DNA of 64,000 nucleotides, from assembly GCA_043747615.1 (NCBI GenBank), contig JAYTOU010000017.1, forward strand, positions 1-64,000. The letters are read 5' to 3'. This document shows, piece by piece, positions 19,078-28,978 of the stretch (position 1 is its first letter; the number at the start of each line of letters is the position of its first letter). This stretch comes from Myxococcales bacterium. GTDB taxonomy: Bacteria > Myxococcota_A > Polyangia > Polyangiales > Polyangiaceae. Below the pieces are notes generated by a model, which searched no databases, was not told where the DNA came from, and saw only the letters and a program-made list of their open reading frames with translations. The position numbers were made by a program, and so were the translations under genes.

Positions 19078-20274
19078 TCAGCCGAGCCGGTTGATGCGCG
19101 CCGAGAGCTCGGAGCTTTGACCGGTGAGTCGGATGAAGCCCTCGGCTTCTTGGGCGCTCCAGTCGGCCGATTGCGCGTAGACCGCTCCTGCGGCGCGGAG
19201 GATGTGAGGGCTGTCGACGGCGATAGCCAGCACCGAACCACCTTCGCTTGCGAGCGTCACCGAGCCGGTGACGAAGCGCTGCGAGCTCCGGAGATAAGCC
19301 TCGAGATCAGCTTTGAGCGGATCGTAGAAGAAGCCCTTGTAGACGAGCTCGACCCACTTGCGCGCGATGGCCGGCTTCATGGTGTTCTGCTGCGCGGTGA
19401 GGATCGCTTCTTCGAGCGCACGGTGAGCGGTCAGAAGTCCGACGAGGCCTGGTGACTCGAAGACGATGCGCCCCTTCAGCCCGATGGTGGTGTCACCCGT
19501 GTAGATGCCGCGTCCGACGCCGAACGCGCCGAGCCTGGCGTGGAGCTGGCGGAGGATCTCGGGGCCGGCGGTGCGCGTTCCATCCAGAGAAATAGGCTCG
19601 CCCGCTTCGAAGCCGACCGTGACACGGAGTGGATCCTTCGGCCACGCGCTGCGCCGCGCGGTGAGCTGGTAAGTCTCGTCGCTTGGGGCCTGCCACTCGT
19701 CGATCTCCGATCCGGACATCGTCGCGCCGAGGAGGTTCTCGTTCACGGTGTAGTGGGTCTGCTTGCTCGGGACCGAGAAACCGCGCTCTTCCAGGTAACG
19801 GCGCTCGTGCTCGCGGACATTCTTGTGCGCGCTCTGGATGTCGCGGATCGGCGCGAGGATCGTGTAGTCACCGCGGGCGCGCACGGCGAGATCGAAGCGG
19901 ACCTGGTCGTTCCCCATTCCGGTGCAGCCGTGCGCGAAGAGCTTCGTGCCGCGAGCCTCGGCGGCCTCCAGCGCCTTCTTCACGATGACGTACCGGTCGG
20001 ACACGAGGAGCGGGTACTGGTCCTGGTAGAAATGCCCTCCCATCACGAGGGGGACGACGACGTCGCGCCAGACTTCTTCCGAGCCGTCGACCGTGACGTG
20101 CTCCGCGGCGCCAAGACGGTGCGCGCGCTCTTCGATGGCAGCGCGTTCGACAGCGGAAACCCCGCCCGTGTCGACGAAGAGGGTAACGACGTCGTAGTCA
20201 CGTTCGCGAAGGTACGGAACGCAAAAGCTCGTATCGAGACCGCCTGAGAACGCGAGGACGACTTTCTGTTTCAT
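19078..20274 (-). CDS. argG: Argininosuccinate synthase
   Basis: [31 protein letters not shown]. Confidence 0.97.
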   Translation of the reverse strand: MKQKVVLAFSGGLDTSFCVPYLRERDYDVVTLFVDTGGVSAVERAAIEERAHRLGAAEHVTVDGSEEVWRDVVVPLVMGGHFYQDQYPLLVSDRYVIVKKALEAAEARGTKLFAHGCTGMGNDQVRFDLAVRARGDYTILAPIRDIQSAHKNVREHERRYLEERGFSVPSKQTHYTVNENLLGATMSGSEIDEWQAPSDETYQLTARRSAWPKDPLRVTVGFEAGEPISLDGTRTAGPEILRQLHARLGAFGVGRGIYTGDTTIGLKGRIVFESPGLVGLLTAHRALEEAILTAQQNTMKPAIARKWVELVYKGFFYDPLKADLEAYLRSSQRFVTGSVTLASEGGSVLAIAVDSPHILRAAGAVYAQSADWSAQEAEGFIRLTGQSSELSARINRLG

Positions 20275-20276
20275 AC

Positions 20277-21296
20277 CTAGCTCCTGATCAGGCGCCGCAG
20301 GAGCGCCTTCTGCACATGGAGACGATTCTCCGCCTCGTCGATGACGAGCGAACGAGGGGACGAGACGACCTCGTCCGTAGCCTTCACGTTGCGACGCAGC
20401 GGAAGGCAGTGACTGAAATACGCCTCTGAGGTGCGAGCCATCTTGGGCGCGTCGACGATGAAGTGCCTGTGCGCCTCGCGGATGGGCTTTTCTTCGTCCC
20501 ACCGACCGAAGTACGGAATGGCGCCCCAGCTCTTGGCGTAGACGACGTGCGCGCCGTCGTACGCGGCGTCGATGTCGTGGGTGACGGTGACCGTTCGACC
20601 CTGCTCCGCCGCGCAATCGCGTGCGTACTGCATGTATCTATCGTCGAGCACGTACGCGGGGGTCGGGCACAGGAGAGTCACGTCGAACCCGAATTTTGCA
20701 GCGATGATGAGCGCGGAGTTGGCAACGGCGGTGTTCAGCGGACGCGGGTGGTACGTCCACGTAAGGAGAAACTTCTTTCCATCCGTCGTTCCCAGGTGCT
20801 CCTGGAGTGCGAGCATGAGCGCCAGCTCCTGGCAGGGATGAGTGATCGTTTCCATGTTGAGCACGGGCACCGTCGCGTACCGGGCGAAGGCATTGATGGT
20901 GGTGTCCTGCCGGTCGTTTTCCCAGGACTGGAACTTCGGGAAGGCACGCACGGCGATGAGATCGCAGTAGCGGGACAGGACGCGCGCGACCTCCTCCACG
21001 TGCTCCTCGGCGTCGCCGTCCATGACAGCGCCGTCGCGAAACTCGATCGGCCATGCGCCCTTCCCCGGCTCGAGGACGACAGCATGGCCACCGAGCTCGA
21101 AGATGCCGACCTCGAACGACGTGCGCGTGCGAAGCGACGGATTGAAAAAGACGAGGGCGATCGTTTTTCCTGAAAGATCCGGGCGGATCCGGCGCGTCAG
21201 GCGGTCCTTCTTCAACGTGCTCGCATCTGCGAGCAGCGCCTCGAGATCCCCGCGGGACCAATCGAGGGTGGAGAGGAAATGTTCGATCTTGCGCAC
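20277..21296 (-). CDS. argF: N-acetylornithine carbamoyltransferase (ArgF', AOTCase)
   Basis: [41 protein letters not shown]; 339 aa from GTG. Confidence 0.93.
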   Translation of the reverse strand: MRKIEHFLSTLDWSRGDLEALLADASTLKKDRLTRRIRPDLSGKTIALVFFNPSLRTRTSFEVGIFELGGHAVVLEPGKGAWPIEFRDGAVMDGDAEEHVEEVARVLSRYCDLIAVRAFPKFQSWENDRQDTTINAFARYATVPVLNMETITHPCQELALMLALQEHLGTTDGKKFLLTWTYHPRPLNTAVANSALIIAAKFGFDVTLLCPTPAYVLDDRYMQYARDCAAEQGRTVTVTHDIDAAYDGAHVVYAKSWGAIPYFGRWDEEKPIREAHRHFIVDAPKMARTSEAYFSHCLPLRRNVKATDEVVSSPRSLVIDEAENRLHVQKALLRRLIRS

Positions 21297-21365
21297 TGCG
21301 TTGGTCGCGAGACCTACCACGGTTGCCGCGCTGTACAAGTTCGATTTGGGTGGGTAGGGAGCAGC

Positions 21366-21580
21366 ATGCGCGGCGCGACGAAGCTCATGCTCCTCAAGCT
21401 CGGAGGCGAGATGATCAGACGTGCCGGGCGTTCTGCGCGACATCGCCGACCGCTCATCGCGCATCCCGCGGTTGACCCGAGCGGAGGGTCGCCAAGCGAT
21501 CCGTGACGGGATCGTCACGGGGGGGCATGATCCCCAAGCTCGAGGAATGTTTTGCGACGCTCGAGGCCGCCTCGCGTAGC
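21366..21580 (+). pseudogene. argB: Remnant of a canonical acetylglutamate kinase gene (internal deletion plus frameshift)
   Basis: MRGATKLMLLKLGGEMI joined out of frame to SDVPGVLRDIADRSSRIPRLTRAEGRQAIRDGIVTGG, then after a G7 run MIPKLEECFATLEAA. Confidence 0.85.
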
Positions 21581-21609
21581 GAGGATGCGATGCTGGAAAG
21601 ATGCACGCC

Positions 21610-22545
21610 TCAATCGTCAGAGAGACCACGCGCGATGACGTCTGCAATGCTCTCCAGCGAGCGCACGCCATCCAACACGACGCCCGGAGCGGCCAGGCTC
21701 TGACTGACGATTCGGCTTATTTCGGAGCGATTCGTGAGCTTCTTGCCGACCGCGAGGTGCTCCTCGAGGTTCGCGATGGCGTCGCGCGACGCGAGCAGAT
21801 CTCCTCCGACGCGAAACCGCTTGGTCGCGTCCGGGCCGGCGCCGATTTCCCCGATGGCCTCTTGCCCCGTCGACGCCCAGGGGGGATCACGCGTGGGATC
21901 GGTCACCGTGGATGGAGGAAGCGGCGCCAGATCTCTTCGCTCGCGATCGTACGCCGACACGTACGCGGCCACGATCGCGTCGATCAGCTTTCCCATCTCG
22001 AAGCGCCGCCCGGTGATGGTCTCCAGCGTTCCCGGTTCCTTTCCAAGGAACGACGCACGCGGCCCGAGCTCGAAGGCGGTGCTCACGGCGATGAAGGCTT
22101 CGACCACCGAGCGACCGGTCTGCGCGTCGTGCGCGAAGACGACCTCGCCCGCGGGTCGGTGCATCACGCTCACCCAATCGCGCCCGAAATAATGCGCGGT
22201 AGCTCCGAGCTTGGTGAGCGCGCGCAGGAGCGGGCGGACGTAGCGGTTGACGAGCTTGGGAGCGTCGCACGAGGTAAGGGCGTGCGGCTGATCGAGCGCT
22301 AAAACAAGATAGATCGTGCCTTTTCCGACGGCAACCGAGGGCCCGCCCGACACGCGGCGAACGACCAGGCGCGGATCAGCTGAGGTGGCGCGCTGAAAGG
22401 CGCCGAGGATCAACGCGTCCCCCGAGAGCGAATGCACGGAGAGCTCTGCGTCCCCTGCCAGCGCGCCGTCGATCGCATGCGATCCTGCGGCGGCGATCTC
22501 GCGCGGCGCGATTGTCCCGGTGCGCACGTGCAAGGGTAGCGGCAT
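21610..22545 (-). CDS. Lipoate-protein ligase (BPL/LPL) family protein, divergent
   Basis: LILGAFQ, VRRVSGGPSV, YFGRDWV. Confidence 0.75.
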   Translation of the reverse strand: MPLPLHVRTGTIAPREIAAAGSHAIDGALAGDAELSVHSLSGDALILGAFQRATSADPRLVVRRVSGGPSVAVGKGTIYLVLALDQPHALTSCDAPKLVNRYVRPLLRALTKLGATAHYFGRDWVSVMHRPAGEVVFAHDAQTGRSVVEAFIAVSTAFELGPRASFLGKEPGTLETITGRRFEMGKLIDAIVAAYVSAYDRERRDLAPLPPSTVTDPTRDPPWASTGQEAIGEIGAGPDATKRFRVGGDLLASRDAIANLEEHLAVGKKLTNRSEISRIVSQSLAAPGVVLDGVRSLESIADVIARGLSDD

Positions 22546-22591
22546 GAGGCCGAGCTTCTCCCGAGCCGCGGTGCCGTGGCAAGATGCGCGA

Positions 22592-23386
22592 ATGACGACG
22601 GCCAAGAAGCTTACCGCCGCGACTCTCATCGCTGCGTGGCTCTTTCTCGGCGCACGCGCCGACGCTGCGCCTGAATTCGTCGAGCGCCGCTTGACCCTGC
22701 CGACGCACGACTGGGCGTTCGACCTTGGTCTCGGCATCGGTCATTACGATTTCGGCACCAACGCCACGGGCGCCGGCGGAGGGCTCAACTTCGAGGGTGC
22801 GGTGAGCGTCGTTCACCACCTCGAGCTCGGCTTTCGCGACGGTGTGCGCTTCGGTACGGACGGCGTCGCGGCCCGCGGCGATCAGTACGGACGGCTCTTC
22901 GATCGCGAGACCTTCGGCACCGGCGGCGACACGGTGACCAATCCAGAGCTTCGAGTTCGCGCAGAGCTGGTCGACCTGAAGGTGATCGAGCTCGCGCTCG
23001 AAGGTCGGGCCTACGTACCCTTCGAACGATTAACCCGCTTTGGAGTGCTCTTCGGCGTGCCGCTCGCGTTTCATCTTGGCTCGATCGTAAAGCTCGAGAC
23101 CGGCGCGTACGTCCCCGTGCTCTTCTACTCGCCGACGGAGAGCGTGGTGAGCGTGCCGTTCAACGCGTGGTTTCAAGTGTCGACGAAGGTGTGGCTCGGG
23201 CCGATGACCGGCTTTCGCATCGACAATCTCGGCGCCCAACGCGCACGCGGCGATTTTTCGGCAGGCTTCGGGGTTGGCTACCAGATCACGAGCTTTCTGG
23301 ATTTCAAGACGCAGTTTCTCGTCCCGGCCGTGGGCAACCCGAACAACTTCGGCGTCGGCGCGGGGATTCAGATCCGCATCGAGTGA
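22592..23386 (+). CDS. Putative outer-membrane beta-barrel protein
   Basis: Signal peptide (ARADA), alternating Gly/aromatic beta strands. Confidence 0.7.
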   Translation: MTTAKKLTAATLIAAWLFLGARADAAPEFVERRLTLPTHDWAFDLGLGIGHYDFGTNATGAGGGLNFEGAVSVVHHLELGFRDGVRFGTDGVAARGDQYGRLFDRETFGTGGDTVTNPELRVRAELVDLKVIELALEGRAYVPFERLTRFGVLFGVPLAFHLGSIVKLETGAYVPVLFYSPTESVVSVPFNAWFQVSTKVWLGPMTGFRIDNLGAQRARGDFSAGFGVGYQITSFLDFKTQFLVPAVGNPNNFGVGAGIQIRIE

Positions 23387-23396
23387 GCTTCTGGCG

Positions 23397-24347
23397 TCAC
23401 CAGCCCTTGCACGTCACACGGCTCGCGACGCTCACGTCGGTGTTGGCGTCCATGAATTGGTAGAGCGCTCCGTCTTTGTCGATGGCGATGCCCTCGTTGG
23501 TCAGCAGCGCGGGCACGTCGAGGAGCGTGCGCGTGCCGGTCGCTTCGTCGACCACGTACGAGCTCGAGCCACCGTAGATATTGGTGGTCACGACGAGCGT
23601 TTTTTCGGCGGGGCCGCCCGCAGCACCGAACGCGCAATCGCTTAGAGCCGTCTTCGCCAGCCCGAGCTTGATCGGCGGCTTGAGCGCGTCGATTTCCAGC
23701 TTTTCGCCGCGGAAGACGAGGCAATAGAGCGCACCTTCTTTTTTGCTTGCCGCGTACCCCGCGCACCCTCCGCTGTTCCCCGGCGCTCGAAGACAGAGAC
23801 CTTCGTAGTTCTTCCCGCAGTTGCCAGCCATGAGCGATGAGCATGTGTAGGGCTGAGGCCCGATCGGGTACGCGTCTCCATCGCGCGCGAGTCCGCCCTT
23901 CCCGTCCGGAGAGAAGCGTCGCACGGCGCCGGACGACGTGAGCGTAAAGAGGTGACGGTCGCGCCAGGCCGAGCCCTCGAGATCGTCGCTTGCCGAGGCG
24001 TCGAGCGAAAGGGTGAGGAAGCGCGCCGGGCCGGAAGGAATCTTCCAGAGGAGCACCGCGCCAGCGTGACCCGAATCGGAGATGACGAGCATCTCGCGCA
24101 CGCCGGCCGTGAGCTCGACCTCTGCCGCTCCCGACGCTTCCGGGATTGCGAATGAGCCTGGAAATATTGGGTCGGCAGCGCAGCTCACGGACGACGTCGT
24201 CATGGCGGCGGGCGAGAGCGGAGCTTCGACCGGGGCCGCGCTCGCCGCGCTCGCCGTCGTCGCGGAGGTCGACGGGCCGACCCGCGTCGCACGATCGCAA
24301 CCGAGGACGGTGACAACGAGAACCGTCGCCCTAGCCAATCGGCGCAT
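23397..24347 (-). CDS. Lipoprotein, putative beta-propeller
   Basis: Lipobox VLGC; repeated EASG / DLEGS / NYEGL / TNEGI blade-like motifs. Confidence 0.7.
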   Translation of the reverse strand: MRRLARATVLVVTVLGCDRATRVGPSTSATTASAASAAPVEAPLSPAAMTTSSVSCAADPIFPGSFAIPEASGAAEVELTAGVREMLVISDSGHAGAVLLWKIPSGPARFLTLSLDASASDDLEGSAWRDRHLFTLTSSGAVRRFSPDGKGGLARDGDAYPIGPQPYTCSSLMAGNCGKNYEGLCLRAPGNSGGCAGYAASKKEGALYCLVFRGEKLEIDALKPPIKLGLAKTALSDCAFGAAGGPAEKTLVVTTNIYGGSSSYVVDEATGTRTLLDVPALLTNEGIAIDKDGALYQFMDANTDVSVASRVTCKGW

Positions 24348-24381
24348 CACTCCGCTTAGCAAAGCAGGTAGCGTGGGAGCA

Positions 24382-25758
24382 ATGGCTCAGATGGATTGGA
24401 GTACGGAAGGCGAGACCTGCGTCCGCCTGTTGCAGGATCTCCTGCGGATACCGACCGTGAACCGGGGCACCGGCGAGACGGGAGACGGCAACGAGCGCCC
24501 CGCCGCCGAGCGCATCGCAGACTTTTTACGCGCGGCAGGCGTGGAGCCGAAGATCTACGAGTCCGCTCCCGGGCGGGCGAGCCTCGTCGCACGCATCAAG
24601 GGAACGGGAGAAAAACCTCCCATTCTGCTCAACGCTCACCTCGACGTGGTGGAAGCCGACGCCTCGAAATGGCGCCACGATCCCTTCGGTGGCGAGATCC
24701 ACGACGGCTACCTCTGGGGCCGCGGTGCGATCGACATGAAGCACATGGCGGCGATGAGCGCGTGCGTGATGGCGCTCCTCGCTAAGCGCGATGGTCCCAA
24801 GCTCGAACGCGACGTGATCTTCGCCGCGGTGGCCGACGAGGAAGCCGGCTGCGAAAAGGGGAGCATTTTTTTGGTAAATGAGCACGCGGACGACGTGCGT
24901 GCAGAATACACGCTTGGTGAGATTGGCGGATTCTCTCTGCACCTCTTCGGCCGCGTCTTCTACCCGATTCAGGTCGCAGAAAAAGGCGTGTGTTGGGTGC
25001 GGGCAACGTTCGAGGGAGAGCCCGGGCACGCCTCGATGCCCGACCCCGATAGCGCGGTGGTACGCCTGGCCAGCGCCGTCGCAAAGCTCGGAAAAACAAG
25101 GCTCCCGCAGCATCCCACGGCCGCGGTCGATCGCTTCATAAAGGATCTCGCGAAGGAGCTTCCTCAGCCGCAACGAAGCGTCCTCGGTCGGCTGACGACT
25201 CCGCAACTGGCCTCGCTGATTCTCGACTACCTCGTGAAGGACAAGAGTCAGCGGCGGACCTTCGGAGCCCTCCTGTCGAACACGGCCACTCCAACGATCA
25301 TGCGTGCCGGCAACAAAGTGAACGTCATCCCCGGTCGCGCGTCGATCGACATCGATGGGCGAACGCTACCCGGACAAAGCGAAGCAAGCTTCCTCGCGGA
25401 GCTACAAGACGTGCTCGGTAACGACGCCAAGCTCGATGTCCTTCGCTCCATGCCCCCCGTCGAGACCACCAGCGACACCCCGCTCTTCGCTCACCTCGCA
25501 GCGACCATTCGCAAAAATGAGCCCCTCGGGCTGCCCATCCCGTTCGTCATCCCGGGCTTCACCGACGCGAAGGCCTACGCCCGCCTCGGTTCCAAGTGCT
25601 ACGGATTCTCTCCCGTCCGTTTCGACTCGGCCGATCTCAACTTCGCGCGCATGTATCACGGACACGACGAGCGAATTCCCACGGAGGGCTTAAAGTGGGG
25701 CCTAGGTGTGCTCTTCGAGGCCGTCGACGGCTTTTGCAAGGGGAATTCGAAACCCTAA
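24382..25758 (+). CDS. M20/M25/M40 metallopeptidase
   Basis: AHLDVV, GRGAIDMK, ADEEAG, GFTDA, HGHDERI. Confidence 0.93.
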   Translation: MAQMDWSTEGETCVRLLQDLLRIPTVNRGTGETGDGNERPAAERIADFLRAAGVEPKIYESAPGRASLVARIKGTGEKPPILLNAHLDVVEADASKWRHDPFGGEIHDGYLWGRGAIDMKHMAAMSACVMALLAKRDGPKLERDVIFAAVADEEAGCEKGSIFLVNEHADDVRAEYTLGEIGGFSLHLFGRVFYPIQVAEKGVCWVRATFEGEPGHASMPDPDSAVVRLASAVAKLGKTRLPQHPTAAVDRFIKDLAKELPQPQRSVLGRLTTPQLASLILDYLVKDKSQRRTFGALLSNTATPTIMRAGNKVNVIPGRASIDIDGRTLPGQSEASFLAELQDVLGNDAKLDVLRSMPPVETTSDTPLFAHLAATIRKNEPLGLPIPFVIPGFTDAKAYARLGSKCYGFSPVRFDSADLNFARMYHGHDERIPTEGLKWGLGVLFEAVDGFCKGNSKP

Positions 25759-25883
25759 ACCCCCTCTAAAACCATGCAAATCTTGCTGTACGAGATGAAA
25801 CTCGGATAGAACCGAGGCTCGAGTCCGACAGAGACTCGTCGTGTTTGATCGTGCTTGAGGGTGTTTCGGCGGAGGCTCGGACG

Positions 25884-26366
25884 ATGGTTAATCCCCAGAT
25901 GGTGATGTACGAGGAGGAGTTCAATCAGATCCAATTGGTCGTCGACCAGCTGGTTCGGAATGCGAACGCCAAGGTCGTCTTCATCGTCGACAAGAACGGT
26001 CAGCTCATTGCCGCGAGCGGTGACATCGACAACGTCGACACGACCAGCCTGGCCTCGCTCACCGCCGGCAACATCGCGGCAACGGGCGGCATGGCGAAGC
26101 TCCTCAAAGAGAACGAATTCGCCACGCAATTTCACGAAGGTGAAAAGGCGAACATCCACATTCAGCTCGTCGGAAACCGCGTCATTCTCGTGGTCATCTT
26201 CGACTCTCGCTCCAGCCTCGGTCTCGTCCGCCTCCGCGTGAAGAAGGCCAGCGAAGAGCTCGGTCACATCTTCGATTCGCTCATCAAGAAGGTCGACCAG
26301 CCGGGCGCAGACTCACCCTTCGCGGAAATCACCGACGAAGACATCGACAACCTCTTCAACGACTGA
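25884..26366 (+). CDS. mglB: Gliding-motility GAP MglB (roadblock/LC7)
   Basis: [52 protein letters not shown]. Confidence 0.97.
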   Translation: MVNPQMVMYEEEFNQIQLVVDQLVRNANAKVVFIVDKNGQLIAASGDIDNVDTTSLASLTAGNIAATGGMAKLLKENEFATQFHEGEKANIHIQLVGNRVILVVIFDSRSSLGLVRLRVKKASEELGHIFDSLIKKVDQPGADSPFAEITDEDIDNLFND

Positions 26367-26388
26367 ACGGAGAGGGAGCGAACGTCTC

Positions 26389-26976
26389 ATGAGTTTCATC
26401 AACTACATGGCGAGGGAGATCAACTGCAAGTTGGTCTATTACGGCCCTGGCCTCTGCGGCAAGACGACCAATCTCCAGTACATCTACGAGCGCACGAACC
26501 CCGAAGCGAAGGGCAAGATGATCAGCCTCGCGACGGAGACGGAGCGCACGCTCTTTTTCGACTTTCTTCCGCTGTCCTTGGGAGAAATTCGCGGGTTCAA
26601 GACGCGCTTCCACCTCTACACGGTGCCGGGGCAAGTCTTCTACGACGCCTCCCGCAAGCTGATCCTGAAGGGCGTCGATGGCGTCATCTTCTGCGCAGAC
26701 TCGCAGATCGAGCGCACGGAAGCGAACCTCGAGTCCGTCGAGAACCTTCGCACGAATCTCGCCGAACAGGGCTACTCGCTCGACAAGCTCCCGTACGTCG
26801 TCCAGTACAACAAGCGCGATCTGCCGAACGTTGCGTCGGTCGAAGAGCTTCGTGAGATGCTCAACCCGACGAACGTCCCTGACTACGAGGCCGTGGCCCG
26901 CACCGGCGTCGGCGTATTCGACACGCTCAAGTCCGTCGCCAAGCTCGTTCTCACCGAACTGAAAAAAGGCGGCTAG
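26389..26976 (+). CDS. mglA: Gliding-motility small GTPase MglA
   Basis: [33 protein letters not shown]; 195 aa. Confidence 0.99.
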   Translation: MSFINYMAREINCKLVYYGPGLCGKTTNLQYIYERTNPEAKGKMISLATETERTLFFDFLPLSLGEIRGFKTRFHLYTVPGQVFYDASRKLILKGVDGVIFCADSQIERTEANLESVENLRTNLAEQGYSLDKLPYVVQYNKRDLPNVASVEELREMLNPTNVPDYEAVARTGVGVFDTLKSVAKLVLTELKKGG

Positions 26977-27201
26977 CCCGCAGCCGGGGGCCGTTCGAGC
27001 ACGTTCAGTTCGTCGTCGACAGGTAGGCAGAAGTCGGAGACGCGGTAAACGCGGCCGACGCGTCGCCACCGGTCCAAGGACTCGTCGCCGCCGTCACCAT
27101 GGGAAGCCTCCGCCGGCGAAGCGTCGCTCGCTGCGTCACTTCCGAGCGACGCCATTCGGTGACGGGGCGTCAGACGGCGAAGGGGAAGGCGTCGTTGGCG
27201 C

Positions 27202-27324
27202 TTAGCGCTCGCCGTTGTAAACGCGGCTGCGACGCGCCTTGTTCTTGGCGGCCAATTTCGCGCGGTAACGCTTGGTCTTCGTGCGGTTCGACTTACGGGG
27301 TTTTTTGGAGAGCGCGAGGTACAT
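27202..27324 (-). CDS. 40-aa highly basic small protein (absent from ORF track)
   Basis: MYLALSKKPRKSNRTKTKRYRAKLAAKNKARRSRVYNGER*; AGGAG Shine-Dalgarno 6 nt upstream; mostly G/C-ending codons. Confidence 0.75.
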   Translation of the reverse strand: MYLALSKKPRKSNRTKTKRYRAKLAAKNKARRSRVYNGER

Positions 27325-27406
27325 GGGAAGCTCCTAGATAGGGGGCGGAGTGATAGCCGAAGCGCGCCATTCGTGCAACTGGCGCGAATTCCAGGCGGAA
27401 CGTCGT

Positions 27407-28225
27407 TCAGGGCGAGAGCGAAACGGTCAAGCAAACCCAGTCGCCCGTCGACGCCGAACAGTCCGCGAGCAGGGTTCCGACCGTTGTCCCGTCCGCAGGC
27501 ACGAAGTCCCCGTTCGGGTTACCGTTGATGATCTGACGCTGCACGAACCGCGGTGACACGGGCATCCCTGCGCATGCCGTGCGAGCGGCGATGTAGTAGG
27601 CGAGGCCGCCTTTGGCCGTGCTCACGGCGGGACAGCTCACGAGACCGGCGCCGGTCCCCGAAGTGTAGAAGTCCTCGACGAGCGTGGCCGCTCTCCCGCC
27701 CCGGTACGTATTGACCGTACAGTCCGTGAGCTGACCCGCGAATGCGGCCGTCGCAACGACCGCGAGGTTGTTGATCTTCACCGTCGCGACTCCCCACGCG
27801 ACGACCGCCTCGTAGGTCATTCCGAGCGCCAGCGGGGTGGCGCTGATGGGGAGAGACGTTGCCGAAAATCCACTGAAGGAAATCGCCCCCGAGGACGCCG
27901 CGCTATCACACCCGATTACCACCAAGTCACCGACAAGGACGGGCGCCGCCGCCGTCACCGTGACCGGTCCCATCGCGGCGGTTTTGGCGGCGCTCGAGAT
28001 GAACGCCCACATGCCGGCGTCCGGCAGCGAGGTCTCCACGCCCGATTCCCCCAACGTCGCGCCGTCGATTTTTCCACCTTCGAGGCTCGCGTCGCCGCCT
28101 GCTTCGCTGCTAGCGCCCCCGTCTGCGCTCGACCCCGTCAAACCGGAAACGTCGGTCAGAACCGAGCACGCCGCGACGGTCGTCTGTGCGAGGAGGGCGA
28201 TGCAAACGGTCGCTCGGCGCCTCAC
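27407..28225 (-). CDS. Hypothetical lipoprotein with Gly/Asp linker and beta-rich domain
   Basis: GTG start, lipobox VAAC, DGG/DA linker. Confidence 0.7.
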   Translation of the reverse strand: MRRRATVCIALLAQTTVAACSVLTDVSGLTGSSADGGASSEAGGDASLEGGKIDGATLGESGVETSLPDAGMWAFISSAAKTAAMGPVTVTAAAPVLVGDLVVIGCDSAASSGAISFSGFSATSLPISATPLALGMTYEAVVAWGVATVKINNLAVVATAAFAGQLTDCTVNTYRGGRAATLVEDFYTSGTGAGLVSCPAVSTAKGGLAYYIAARTACAGMPVSPRFVQRQIINGNPNGDFVPADGTTVGTLLADCSASTGDWVCLTVSLSP

Positions 28226-28291
28226 GTTTTGCAGTAGACCACGCGGTCGTCCCCTTTGCGAGGCGCGGCTTTTGTGCAACTGTGACTGAAA

Positions 28292-28654
28292 ATGCAGGTC
28301 CGCCTCGTACACGAATTCAAATTCGAATCCGCCCACCGCCTCCCCAAGGTTCCCGCAGGTCACAAGTGCGCGCGGCTCCATGGGCACTCGTTCAAAGTGG
28401 AGCTCGCCATCGTTGGCCCCGTGAATCCGGAGACGGGCTGGCTCATCGACTTCGGCGAGCTCGAGGATATCTGGCGCCCGGTTTACGAGACCCTCGATCA
28501 CCATTACTTGAACGACGTTCCCGGCCTCGAGAATCCGACGAGTGAGATCCTCGCCAAGTGGCTCTGGGACCGCTTGAAGCCCACGCTGCCAACGCTCGAT
28601 CAGGTGACGCTCTTCGAGACGTGCGATGCACGCTGCGAGTACCGGGGCGGCTGA
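28292..28654 (+). CDS. queD: 6-carboxy-5,6,7,8-tetrahydropterin synthase
   Basis: [29 protein letters not shown]. Confidence 0.96.
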   Translation: MQVRLVHEFKFESAHRLPKVPAGHKCARLHGHSFKVELAIVGPVNPETGWLIDFGELEDIWRPVYETLDHHYLNDVPGLENPTSEILAKWLWDRLKPTLPTLDQVTLFETCDARCEYRGG

Positions 28655-28950
28655 TGTCGAAGGTGCTCGTCTGCCGGTGCGAAGACGTCACGCTTCACGA
28701 GCTCGAAGAGGCAATCGCGCGCGGTCACGACGACCTCGAATCGCTCAAGCGCTACACGGGGTTCGGGACCGGGTGGTGCCAGGGGAAATCGTGCGTCGCG
28801 CTTTGTGCGCGTCTCCTCGTCGAGCATGGGGGCTCGGCCGCGATGCCCATCACCCCGCGTCCGCCGTTTCACCCGATGAAGCTCGGGGATCTCGCCGGCC
28901 TCGCGAGCATCGCGGACGAAGACGCGAGCGCTGGCCGCCCACCGCACTAG
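28654..28950 (+). CDS. BFD-like [2Fe-2S]-binding protein
   Basis: VCRCEDVT...LKRYTGFGTGWCQGKSC...TPRPPF; TGATG overlap with queD. Confidence 0.88.
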   Translation: MSKVLVCRCEDVTLHELEEAIARGHDDLESLKRYTGFGTGWCQGKSCVALCARLLVEHGGSAAMPITPRPPFHPMKLGDLAGLASIADEDASAGRPPH

Positions 28951-28978
28951 CGCACGCCTCGCCCGTTACGCGCCTTCT

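Noticed and set aside
21297..21365. ARG box or attenuator upstream of the arginine operon
   Set aside because: No AT-rich TGAAT-N-ATTCA dyad or Arg-rich leader peptide visible
21297..21671. Long N-terminal extension of argF' in the ORF track
   Set aside because: It is antisense to the argB relic; AOTCase similarity begins at GTG 21296
25884..26976. mglBA as a novel system
   Set aside because: Well-characterised myxobacterial polarity module with canonical sequence
26973..27155. 60-aa acidic minus-strand ORF (MASLGSDAASD...) downstream of the basic mini-protein
   Set aside because: No SD or recognisable motif; cannot be supported, though not excluded
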